From NCBI GenBank assembly GCA_004764695.1, contig SMSO01000031.1, positions 4,130,436 to 4,194,435 on the forward strand: a DNA stretch of 64,000 nt. The letters are read 5' to 3'. Of this stretch, positions 1 through 11,066 are shown one piece after another. How positions within the stretch are numbered: the stretch's first letter is position 1; every line of letters starts with the position of its first letter. The translations under genes were made by a program, and so were the position numbers. The notes beneath the pieces are model-generated. The model saw only the letters and a list, made by a program, of their open reading frames with translations, did not search any database and was not told the origin of the DNA. This stretch comes from Schizochytrium sp. TIO01. Its lineage: Eukaryota; Protista; Bigyra: Labyrinthulomycetes.

Positions 1-3000
1 AACATAGTTTACACATGTATGATTGTGGGATTCATTTCTATGCACCCGAAAAATTGTCTAGCTGGTCCTGCCATAGCTCCAGTTGCAATTCTATAATATA
101 GTATGAATGAATTGAATGCAGAGAATCAATCATTGTCATGACCAAATGCACATTCTTCGTCATCAGGTCAGGTCAATTCATTGCTTCTCTCCGCCTGAAC
201 ATTTCTCCGTGTGGAGTGTTACAAACCAGGGCGTCACATATATTTGCTTCCAAAGACCTTCTTGTTATGGTGACCCAAGTAATAGAATCTTTATCGTGAA
301 GACAACGTCAAAGGCAAACTATGTATTTGTGAAAACAAAATACAGCAGATGTAAAACGAGAAATATCGTGCACATTGATCTGCGAGCCAAGCCTTTGTAA
401 CGTATATGCGGAATTGTCTGGAGATATACACCTAAACTTCAGGATGTTGAAGAACATGCGGTCAGATCTCCTTCGTCAAAGTAAAATAGAAAGCTCAATT
501 AAATAAAAATAAAGTATTATTTTTATTACAGAATATTTTTCTTTTTTGCACGTGGTAATAGAAGGTACCTAGTGTCTATATAGCAACTAGTAGGAAGATA
601 ACACTAAGGCACGTGTGCTTGCTTGACCGCACAAATATGCTTCAGTGTATACACCTCCTGTGCCACTGGAATAAAATAAAACATCCTCCTTGTTCACCAC
701 TAAGATTGTTTTACAGGTTAATTGAATTACGTAAGGACTAAAAGTTTGTTAAAAACAGACTCTTACTCACTACAAACACTAGAAAACTTTGTGACTGCAC
801 ACAAAATTTTGTAATCAGTGGAGAAGAGTGTATAAATTAAACTTTTAATTTAGATTCTACTCACAAACTCCACTGCTTTATGCCTTTAAGACAAGCACGC
901 GCGTGCACAGTCTCGAATTCACAATAGATTTTGACAAGAACAGAACAGAATGAACGAACCTTGCCAAGGGAAGGAAAGCCTCCGAAAACCGGCCCAGGGC
1001 AAGACCTCGCGAGACTGATTGCAGCACGAAGGCCTTTCCTTATTCTCAGCCACTATACGGTCCAAGATCGAGGATTATACAGTCGTCGTTCATTTCCTGC
1101 GCGCGTCGTTGCTGTATCCTCTATCAACCAGTTGTGCGCCGACCGTGACAATATAACGTCTCCAGTAGGTCCGTCGAGCTGGAGTCCAGTTGTGCACAGC
1201 CCGCACTTAAAGAAAAAAAGTTTGAGTGATTTAAAAAAAAAGTTGGTGATTCTAGGCTATGGCCTGTATCCACCATTCAACTCTTTCTGAAAGGCTTCTT
1301 TATTTTGTTTATTATTTATCATAAATTGAGCATCATGGTCATTACGTTTTTTTCGTGAAACATGTTTAGCTTTAAAATTAAAACTGAAGATAATGATTAA
1401 TAATAGTAATAGCAGTAATAGTAGTAATAGAAAATAAAAGAGGCTTAGTTCGAATGTAAGTAGGTACGTACGTACGCGCCTAGGTAGATCCTAATTGCTA
1501 TGTTAATTTAAAAGTTTTAAAATATAGAAAGAAAAAAACGGAGGTGGACAAGGAGAATCTCGTTCCCCGGATGTTGTAGAAATTGAGAGGATAAGGAATA
1601 CTGATTGATGATCAGGAGGCTGCTAAATTTGAGTGACTTGGCCATTTGTTCCATTAATATGTTCAATATTTTCTACAACATGGGCAAGAAATGCAGATAA
1701 TCCCTAGTTGTGAAAAACCATCAGAACATTTTCACGAAAATTGCAATTGTAGCTAGAGCGCTTACTCTACTAGAAAGTAAATGAATCTCAGGAACACGTG
1801 CAGTACCTATCCTCAAACCTATCGAAGGACTCTGTAAGTCAGATTTATCATTGCTGTTCCTTGAAATCGTGCTTAAAACTAGTGTCATACGCGAGATACC
1901 CCAACCCTTACTCCCGCATGTTTGTAAATCGACAGTATATGCAAGTCCAGCAAGAACGCTGGGGTCCTTGATTTACTAATATGAAACTCCAGATTGTTCT
2001 TAAAAGGAGCAACGACAAAGGAAGTACTACATACTAGCAAGAGAAGGTTTGTTTTGGGTGCCAGCTCTACAGTGTGCACTAAAGTAGTTTTGATGATCAT
2101 CTCTCCGACGTCGCGCCTCAAGCCGATGTGAGCAAGCAATCTAAAAGCAATTCGAAACGTTCTTGCTGCTACAATCAATATGGGTATGTCACTTTATAAT
2201 TCTCAAACGAGGAACACCAAAATTCCAAAAAGTACTCCCACCTTTGAGTTTTTTGTTGTTAGCATCCCTCAAACAGGTGATTAAAATTACGATTGTCATC
2301 GAAGTTGCAGCTTATCAGGACTTCTTTCTAATTTTTTATTTTTTTTTCCCTCAAAGAGCATTTGATTTCAATTCGAGCTTTTCGAGGTTTATTCTGACGC
2401 CAGTGTGGTAGGACCTTCCAGTAACCAACAGCGGTTTTCCCTCCCTGGGATTAGTAGTAGAGATCTGTTATAGCTTGAAGATGTGCGCACGCACATCATA
2501 CGCGCGCGACCAGAAAATGTGACGACTCGGAGCTTAAGGCCTATCTAATCATAATCATGGCAAGACTCGTGGCCAGATTTGCGCACATTGAAAGTCAAAA
2601 TACCTTCAATTTACAACACTCCTTTCCACTCAAAAGCGGATAAGTACCCACGCTCACTCAAGCAAGTTCGTTCACTCTCTCAATGAGGATTCCCTAGTAA
2701 ACGATTGCCTTCCGTACGTAGAGTCCCCTGCGCACAGACAAATGCTACGAGTCGATCAATTGAAGTTCAAGATGTTGAACTCGTTTGCACCTCGTCTCGT
2801 TTGCACTGTATACTGGATCTGAATGACTATTATGGACAACAAACACACTCTGGTGATATCGTAGCTAAATCGAACCCACTCCAGTTTGAAGGCAAGCAGT
2901 ATATTCAATGCCAGCGAAATCCTGATAAACTAGCACGCACGAGCTCGCATCCTTTGTTAGTCCGAATCTCAATATTATGCAAAGCTGTAGTGGTCTTAGC

Positions 3001-3940
3001 ACATTGACTTCAAAGTTCTGCTATTGCCTAAAGCCAAGCTGCATTTATTTTAAATACTCTACAAGCTTGTTCATTGAAGTATAATATCAAGTCATCTGCT
3101 ATCTGGTCTTGAATGCTCATATCGCATAGAAGCCTTCGACAGTGCGCCATTTTTATTGATGTTAGGTTGAACGCACCCCCCAATACTGATACGAATACAA
3201 CACGGGATCGTGCAGTGTGCTGAGAAAGAGATATCTCTCCACCTTGATTCTTTCACTTATACAGAAGTGTTAGAGCTCATGTTGCACTTGGCGTACTGGG
3301 AGCGTCTTCAGTTGCCACTTAATAATATTTTCTCCCTTTCACATCTTCTCAAGAAATTACAAAGCATCATTTTCAAGCGACTTGTGACCTAGCTGATCAT
3401 GAATTTTTCTCAAATGGTAAAAGCTCATATTCTGTTTTCGTATTACCTGAAATGCCTGGCAATGCAGCCAGGAGTTCCTCTCAATTGACACCTGACAAAG
3501 TTTGTAATATCTTTCCATCTTTGATCTAGACACTTTAATTCTAAACTTTATATCTTAAGAAAATTACGAACCAGCATCAAAACGCTCACAAGTATTGTCT
3601 TTCGCTTTTCGAGGCTTCTTACATCACTACTAATAGCCTCAACTCAAATCCGCACTTCTACAGAAATTACAACTCAAATTAAAACTCCATTATAATTCAT
3701 GATATCCTGTAAAATCAACCCGCGAGTTGATATTCCAACCTTTGTTGTATCCTTCATGTTAAGCAATTAAAACGTAGAAAAAAGAGTGGCGAAGGAAGCA
3801 CTCACGAGTAGACCTTTCGGCAAATCCTTGCGCGACTCAGCAAGATCGTGCGACGTTCACGCCCTCAACGCCGCTACAAAAACCTCTATTTGAGTCTACA
3901 CGAGAGCTCTCTCCCACACACTAGCTGAAGGCTATCAACA

Positions 3941-4285
3941 ATGGCGGCCATGGTGAGCAATGGCAACGGCGCTGCGGCTGCCGGCGGCGACGAAAAGGAT
4001 ATGATGACCACAGGCCCGTTGAGCGTGCTCATGCATAGCGTGAAGAGCGGAACTCAGGTTCTGATTAGTCTTCGCAACAACCACAAATTGCTCGCCCGCG
4101 TGAAGGCCTTCGACAGACATTGCAATATGGTTTTGGAGGACGTGCTCGAGATGTGGACTGAGGCTGGCAAGGCTGGCAAAGGTGTCGAGCGCGCAAAGTC
4201 GGTGGAGAAGGACCGCAAGATTAGTAAACTCTTCCTCCGTGGGGACTGCGTCATCATGGTTGTTAAGAATCCGCAGGCAGCATGA
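3941..4285 (+). CDS. SNRPD2: Small nuclear ribonucleoprotein Sm D2
   Basis: 114-aa ORF with SmD2-specific segments [46 protein letters not shown] and [17 protein letters not shown]. Confidence 0.96.
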   Translation: MAAMVSNGNGAAAAGGDEKDMMTTGPLSVLMHSVKSGTQVLISLRNNHKLLARVKAFDRHCNMVLEDVLEMWTEAGKAGKGVERAKSVEKDRKISKLFLRGDCVIMVVKNPQAA

Positions 4286-5003
4286 TCACGTAAACGACCC
4301 TCCCTGCTTGCTTGCTTGCTTGCTTGCTTGACCTATCTTGTTCCTTTTCGAATTCGAAGTCAATTCAGTTCTCTTGCTAACACTGCACCTTCCACTCTCG
4401 CATATAGGGTTGCGAGAATACGCATCGTGTGGCTGTCGCGATACTTCCGCCATCATATGACCTATTGTTTCTCTATTTACGTGGCCAAGTTGTGTCTCTT
4501 ATGCTTAAATTTTGAAGTGCTTGTTATTGCTGTTGCTACGTCGTATGGACGAGCTTCTGGTAATAAGGAATATGCGTGGCGAATCCGTTTGAAACAGCTA
4601 GCTCGCTGGTCTGCATTCTCTACCCATAATTTAAGCTTATGCCTCCTAGCAATGGCTAAACTTGGTACATTTCAAGTTATATGAATAAAGGCTCTGCCGT
4701 CGGTACTTCTCGGTATTTTCGATTACTTATAGACAATAAATAACAACTGTATTGCATCTCAAACAATTTTATGATGTTTCTTCTCATAAAATAATTCCAA
4801 GGCGTGACATTCAGAAATGCTGTTGCCCATTGTTTAATTTTAAAATATACTTAAGCTCATAATGCCGAAATTCAGAAACAAATTAAAGGCAACATTGGGC
4901 CGCAACGAGAAGTTGAGAAGTTATGAAAAGAAGGCGTAATATGCTTGGTCGAAATAGAGTGAGTTCTATTGTTAAAATGAAGGGAAGAGACTAAGAGTGC
5001 AAC

Positions 5004-6686
5004 TTATTTCCGAGCTCGCGGATGAGCTCTGACGAAAAGTCCGTCTTTAGGACCCAGCGTTCCAACGTTTACACTGATTTCAGACAAACTTTTTCCTGCC
5101 GAGGCCTCTGCAAGCTCAAATGTGAAACGACTCAGGAAGCTAATCAAAATTGTACGGGCTTCCAACAAAGCAAATGCCTTTCCAATGCAGTCTCGCGGAG
5201 CAAAGGTGAATGGGCAGAATCGGTATGATGAAGGGTTATAAGCTTTAAATTCGTTTTCGCTGCCCCATATCTCTTCAGGCAACCATTCGCGGTCTGGGTT
5301 GAATTCATTGCAATCAGCTCCCCAGAGGTTAGGGTTGTAATGTAGACTCCATACGGGAAGTACAAAAGATATACCTCTAGGGACATGTACTTCTTCACCA
5401 TCAACGCCATGAATTGTATCATCAAACATGGTCTCTCGAAAGGTACCATTAGGCACAGATGGTGCTATTCTTAATGTCTCAAGAATCACTTTCTTCATCA
5501 CAACAAGATCTGAGAGATCTCTGTATTCAGGTCCTTGGGGATGCCGCACCAGGAACTCGTCAACTTCTTTTTGCATTCGGACTTGCCACTCAGGATTTTG
5601 ACATATATAATAGATAATGTGGGTCAAAAGGTTCGCTGTGGTATCATGCCCAGCAAAGCTTAAAGTACTGGCGTTATCACGAGCAATCTTGTCTTGTTGA
5701 AATTCTTTATTCATGGGACAAAAGTCAGCAATGCGAGCTGCTAGCGGGCCAATGATACATTTGCCTGGGTCTTCCATGGCTTCTGACGCACCGACACGTC
5801 CCTGCTCCCGACTACGTGCCACGAGGGTGTTGGAGTAATCTTGCACAACTCGTCGCGCTTGGCTACGCTTACGAGCCGCTTCAAGGGGGTCACCACCAAG
5901 GGTAAGCGCTTCTTTAAATGCAGCGCGCAGCGGCACGTTTGTTTTTTCCATGTGTTCTTCAGATTCGCCAAAAAGTGCCAACTGAAGTTGAGCCATAGTT
6001 TCAAACAAGAAGAGCTCGTTAATATTGAAGACGCCGCGGCCTAGCTCTGATAAGCCCTTAAGCTTATGCTCAGCTGCATATTCGGCTCTAGATAACGATA
6101 CAGGAAATATCTTGCCTAGCGACGCTTCAGGCAAGAACGCCTCGATCAGATGTTCACGCTGTTCACGCCAGTGGTCTACATCGCGGGTGGCCAGAACACC
6201 ATCCCCAAGGAATGCAATGCCATATGTTTCTGCCTTGCGCACGTGTAGTCGAGCCATTCGAGCACAGTCGTCTGGATGTGAGATGACGAGCATGTAATCA
6301 ATGTATGGCAAAGATCCCTTTGGAATCACAGCTGTTGGGAACAAAATGTTGGTACCCGGATTGCCATTGCCAGCTCGTTTGCTCCAGTTCAACCAGAATT
6401 CATGCAAGTGGCCATTTCGTGCAGCGCGTTGCACTGCCAGTATAGCCCCATCATCACCCAGCTCTCGTACAGGTCCCGGTATAGCATTTGCCAAAGCTTG
6501 ACGCTCCGGTTCACTGATTCTGTTCTCTAGCATTTCCAGTAAGCCCATAACACCTTGCACACCAGGCAAAGAAGAGGAATTTACCGTATCGTTTCCAGAA
6601 GTACTCTCGACCTGAATGTTGACAAAACGTTCCGAGCTAGCGCTGCAAGCTGCGAGATGCTGTGACAGTTTTTGTAATCGCTCCAT
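5004..6686 (-). CDS. Cytochrome P450 with PTS2-like N-terminus
   Basis: I-helix AGHDTT, K-helix ETLR, meander FNPDRE and heme-binding PFTFAPRDCIG. The N-terminus is MERLQKLSQHL, with no hydrophobic anchor. Confidence 0.93.
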   Translation of the reverse strand: MERLQKLSQHLAACSASSERFVNIQVESTSGNDTVNSSSLPGVQGVMGLLEMLENRISEPERQALANAIPGPVRELGDDGAILAVQRAARNGHLHEFWLNWSKRAGNGNPGTNILFPTAVIPKGSLPYIDYMLVISHPDDCARMARLHVRKAETYGIAFLGDGVLATRDVDHWREQREHLIEAFLPEASLGKIFPVSLSRAEYAAEHKLKGLSELGRGVFNINELFLFETMAQLQLALFGESEEHMEKTNVPLRAAFKEALTLGGDPLEAARKRSQARRVVQDYSNTLVARSREQGRVGASEAMEDPGKCIIGPLAARIADFCPMNKEFQQDKIARDNASTLSFAGHDTTANLLTHIIYYICQNPEWQVRMQKEVDEFLVRHPQGPEYRDLSDLVVMKKVILETLRIAPSVPNGTFRETMFDDTIHGVDGEEVHVPRGISFVLPVWSLHYNPNLWGADCNEFNPDREWLPEEIWGSENEFKAYNPSSYRFCPFTFAPRDCIGKAFALLEARTILISFLSRFTFELAEASAGKSLSEISVNVGTLGPKDGLFVRAHPRARK

Positions 6687-7452
6687 GATTCACAATTATC
6701 AGCGTAACCGCAATAGACGGCGATGAGCTATATGTACCAACGAACAGTAATGTCTCGTAGTGACAATACTAAATATACTCCTTACTTTCTGTAATTCAAA
6801 CCCTAGTCTCTATGGTATAGGTTTATATATATTGGGTCTCTGGACTCTGGCTTCAACGTTTCTGTTCTGCTATGGTTTGTTTTGGAAACACAAGTCAATG
6901 CACGTGTTCACTGTGGGGTGGTAGGTACTGGTACATAACACTGTGCCTAGGTAGAATTATAATAATGCATTATACCCAGCCTAGCCTAGGCTAAAATTTA
7001 TGATTAATGTACCCTGGGATTGCGAATGTATTCGCCAAACTTTCAGTTTGGCGAGAAATTTGGCTACAACAGATTAAAACTTAGATAGAGAAGGAAGCAA
7101 GAGCGCTGATAGGCATACTAAGAATATGGTGATGGTTTTTTTCTCCTTTTTTCTTTTTTAATATCCAAGCATGACGACATCTGACGCACCAATCCACCCG
7201 CTCACAAGAGAAGAACTTTCAAAGACACCCCAACGGACTGAGGAAAAGAGATTTACTTTCTACCTCAATAATGCGATATTAAGCTCAATCTTGAACCCAC
7301 ATGTTGTAGCCGTGCACAGTCACACCTGTCCATGAAATGAATGAGTCAATATGTGCTCTTATATCCTCCTGCATGTGGTCGACATGTTTCCAGAGGAGAA
7401 GACAATATCGAAATGGAAAAAAATGAATACACCACGTAAATGAAAAATTAAA

Positions 7453-10020
7453 TTAGAGCTCATCTACTTCATCCATATCATCAGAGTCTAGTTTGTCAAT
7501 TGCAAGCTTGATCAGGTTAGCATCCTTAGGGTCAAGGTCTAGTGCTGTTGTAAAGTGTATCATGGCTTCGTCCCGGCAGTCGAGCTGTTTGCAAAGCTTG
7601 CCCATGAGAAAGTGCACACTAGATTCATGAGGAGCAAAATCGCGAACTGCCTCCAGCTCGTTGAGGGCAGCCTCATAGCATTCCATAGTGCGGAGCACTA
7701 ATGCTCGCTGAAAACGGGCTTGTGGGTTACCTGGCTCCAGGCGGCTTGCACGCAACAAGACATCAAGAGCTTCTTCGCAGCGGTCGCTCGCATGCAAAAC
7801 CATGCCCAAATAGCAGTACAGAACCGAAGAGCGCGGATTAATCGCGACTGCGCGGCGAAAGTGAAATTCAGCCACAGAGTACTTTTCCTGACGGTAGTAG
7901 ATAGTACCTAAACCATACCATGCCGGGTAATGACGTGCATCGCTAGAAATTGCTGCTCTGTAACAAGAGGTAGCCTTTTCAAAGTCCTCATTTGACACAT
8001 ACTCATGCCCTGACAGAGTTGATGCATATGTGAATGTTGGATCAAGCATCAGAGCTCGTTTGAAAAACTTGATAGCGAGATCGTGCTCCTTTTGCAACGA
8101 AAAGCAATTGCCGAGCACACACCACACCTCTGGTGAACGCTTGTCAATCTCTACAGCTTGTTGAGCCAAATAGCACAATTCCACTTCCTCCTTGAGATGC
8201 CAAAGATTTGTGCTATAAATTTCCAAGCCTGCCGTACGATCAGGCGCGTAGGCTCGCATGTTCTCGAAATAGGCTTTGGCTCGTCGATAGTCAGCCATCT
8301 CAAAACAAGCCCTTCCTTGCTGGTGCGCAACCCAGCCTGTAGCTTGCTGGGTAAGCGGAAGCCGTCCAAACGCTTGCAAGGCCTTGTCACATTTGTACTG
8401 GTTCAGAAAGCGAAATCCCTGACCCATAGCACGGAAAAGATCAAGCACACGCAAAGATCCAATAAGCGCGTCCACATTAACTCCACCTCGTCCGAGGCCA
8501 TCAAATCTACCAGAACCAAATGGATCTCCTGAGCCACCACCATCGTCACCGGGATTACCGTGGTCAGCAGGCTTTTCCGCATTCTCAGCATCCTCGTTGC
8601 TGCGAACATTAGCGTAACCCATCTGCTGGTTTTCGGTATCCACATCTGTGCCACGACCTCTTGCGACAGCTCCAGTGTTACCTGCTGCGACAGTTCGGCG
8701 AGAACTGCGGCGAGTTACTGGTCGGTTGCTTGCTGGATTAGAATCTGGACCAGGAGCTCCGCCGTCTGGACCTGGAGTGTTAGTTGTCCCACCAGACACC
8801 GGTTCAACAGGCTCCCCGTCTTTGCAGAATCGAAGGTAATTGAGATCTTCAGAAGAGTTTATGCAAAGCTCCTGACCATCGGCGAGAGTTGGATTCGGGT
8901 GCCATGGAAACCTTGTTGTTCGGCGCAAGCTAAAACCAGTACCAACTAAGGCTGACTGGATTCCTCGTACTACGCCTGGTACCGTCCTACTCCGTGAGCG
9001 TGAACGAGTGCGTGCCCCAAATCCTGCTGCATTGTTTGTACCCGAATCATCCGTGGATGCAGACCCGTCACTTGAAGATAGACGCAAAGATGACACATAT
9101 GAGATTCCTGATAAAAGCTCGTTAGTAGAGCTTTCGAGAGGAACAGGAATTGGCGCTGGGTCATCAAAACCTTGATCATTCAATGTCTCCACTTGTCTAC
9201 GTGACGGTTCTCTTCGCCCCCTCCGATGGGGCGTTGGGGTGTGACCACCCGCATTTTCCTCATCTACAAGATCCATATCCTTGTTATCTCCATCCTCATC
9301 TTCACTTCCTGATAGTAGCTCAAGGTCATCCTCGTCAGAAAATGCCTCCTCGTCTTTAACAGCCTGTGGGTTAGTTTCCCAGGTCAAGACATTACGACTC
9401 GAATCAAATTGTAATGGAGTACGTCCAAAGAAACTTTCTGGCGGTACATCCACACCGAGCTTGCATAAATGTTCATAGGCGTCCCACAGAAATGGATCGA
9501 GTCTAAGGGCCAGTGCGAAGTATGAGATAGCATGCTCTCTACGATTATCCCTCTCGCAAATTAATCCAAGAAGATAAAGACCAGCTGCACCGTTGGGAAT
9601 TTGTACCTTGCCCCGCAAAATATCATCTTCCATTCGTTGTGGACCTTGCTGCGCCAGCAGAGTACCTTTTATCAAAGCTGACTCTGCTTCTCGAGTGTGA
9701 CCTAACATCAGACAAGCCTTCGCAAGCAGGTATCGGTTTTGCATAAGCATAGGGTCATCAAGACCCATAGCCTCGACAACATCCATACTCCGTGTAAGAG
9801 CACCGTATGCTCTCTGCGGGGCATTGGATCGCAGGTAGCATGTGGCTAGCAGATTCAGGTTCACAGAGCTCTCAGACTGCGCATAAAGCCTCTCAGCAAG
9901 AAACGTAGCATTTTCATACAGATATTGCTGCAGGTACTTTGTCACTAATTTGCGTAGTGTGTTCTCCAATGCCGAGTCCCAGCGGCCTTCCGACATCATT
10001 GCCAAGCTTTCCATAACCAT
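7453..10020 (-). CDS. CDC27: Anaphase-promoting complex subunit 3 / CDC27
   Basis: N-terminal APC3 domain (YENATFLAERLYA), disordered middle, then a C-terminal TPR array with CDC27 motifs GLEIYSTNLWHLK, PEVWCVLGNCFSLQKEHD, DPTFTYASTLSGHE and RHYPAWYGLG. Confidence 0.95.
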   Translation of the reverse strand: MVMESLAMMSEGRWDSALENTLRKLVTKYLQQYLYENATFLAERLYAQSESSVNLNLLATCYLRSNAPQRAYGALTRSMDVVEAMGLDDPMLMQNRYLLAKACLMLGHTREAESALIKGTLLAQQGPQRMEDDILRGKVQIPNGAAGLYLLGLICERDNRREHAISYFALALRLDPFLWDAYEHLCKLGVDVPPESFFGRTPLQFDSSRNVLTWETNPQAVKDEEAFSDEDDLELLSGSEDEDGDNKDMDLVDEENAGGHTPTPHRRGRREPSRRQVETLNDQGFDDPAPIPVPLESSTNELLSGISYVSSLRLSSSDGSASTDDSGTNNAAGFGARTRSRSRSRTVPGVVRGIQSALVGTGFSLRRTTRFPWHPNPTLADGQELCINSSEDLNYLRFCKDGEPVEPVSGGTTNTPGPDGGAPGPDSNPASNRPVTRRSSRRTVAAGNTGAVARGRGTDVDTENQQMGYANVRSNEDAENAEKPADHGNPGDDGGGSGDPFGSGRFDGLGRGGVNVDALIGSLRVLDLFRAMGQGFRFLNQYKCDKALQAFGRLPLTQQATGWVAHQQGRACFEMADYRRAKAYFENMRAYAPDRTAGLEIYSTNLWHLKEEVELCYLAQQAVEIDKRSPEVWCVLGNCFSLQKEHDLAIKFFKRALMLDPTFTYASTLSGHEYVSNEDFEKATSCYRAAISSDARHYPAWYGLGTIYYRQEKYSVAEFHFRRAVAINPRSSVLYCYLGMVLHASDRCEEALDVLLRASRLEPGNPQARFQRALVLRTMECYEAALNELEAVRDFAPHESSVHFLMGKLCKQLDCRDEAMIHFTTALDLDPKDANLIKLAIDKLDSDDMDEVDEL

Positions 10021-11066
10021 GATCTCCTCAGTAAATGATTAGTCTATTCAATTTTTGCTGTCTTGAAACGGGTCCCAAGTCACCTAGGGGTCCTGCAACT
10101 TCACACGACAATTTCCAGTTACAGATTCAAGAGAGTCACCCAATTACTTTGGAAAGCCTGCGTCAATAATCCAAACAAGAGGCACTTGAGTTTGCTTTTT
10201 GCCTGCGCTTTGGAAGAGCGGTTGCAAAGGCAGCAGGGCTCGCTGCAGGAAAGTCGATGCACCAAGCCCACCTCTGACCAGCCTCAAGAGCCGTCGAGGT
10301 CCGACCTACGAGCAGGCAGATAAGATTGGTCTCCAAACAGACCACAAACCGCAAGCGGACTGGGGCGGTCTGTTGTGAGATAAAGTATTGTGCTTCGTCA
10401 GCGAGCTTCTCCCCGTCGTTGTGCTTTTCCTTTTAGTAGCGTATATTTGCATAGTATTTACTAGTAGTATGTGATAGGCGTAGCATGAGAAAGCGTTATA
10501 CATTTTAAAAATACTTGTAATATGCCTTTTATAGCTATTAGCACGAGAAATGGAAAAAAATCGAGAGAGCAGGTACCTCTATACTATTCTGACAGGTACA
10601 TTCGGAGGAACTACATCTAGCTCCTTATAGTGCGAATGAAGAAGACGAAAGCAAAGAAAGGCGACCTATCTAATGTAGTTTTCAAATTTGAGTTGCTTCC
10701 AATGGCTCATATACTCAGGTTAAAGATTATAATGATTTTGCAGAAGTAGCTTGCCTACCTCAGAAAAGCCAGGTAGTCTAGCGTTACTTTAATTAAGAAT
10801 TATTAAATGAAAGAGAGAATGAAAATGAGAAGTTTATATTGAGAGTGTTGTAACTTTAAGCATGAAGAATAATTTGTGACAAACAAAAATTCATCTGTTC
10901 ACCATAGTTTGTTTTTATACATGAATATAATTTTCAAGTACCGTATTTTAAAATTTACAATCAGTAGCCGAATCATTGAAGCAAAGCAATGTCTCAATAG
11001 CAGTTTAGCAAAACTTAAATACGCCAATCCTTGTTGGATGCAAATAATTATGCTTGAGTTTACAAC

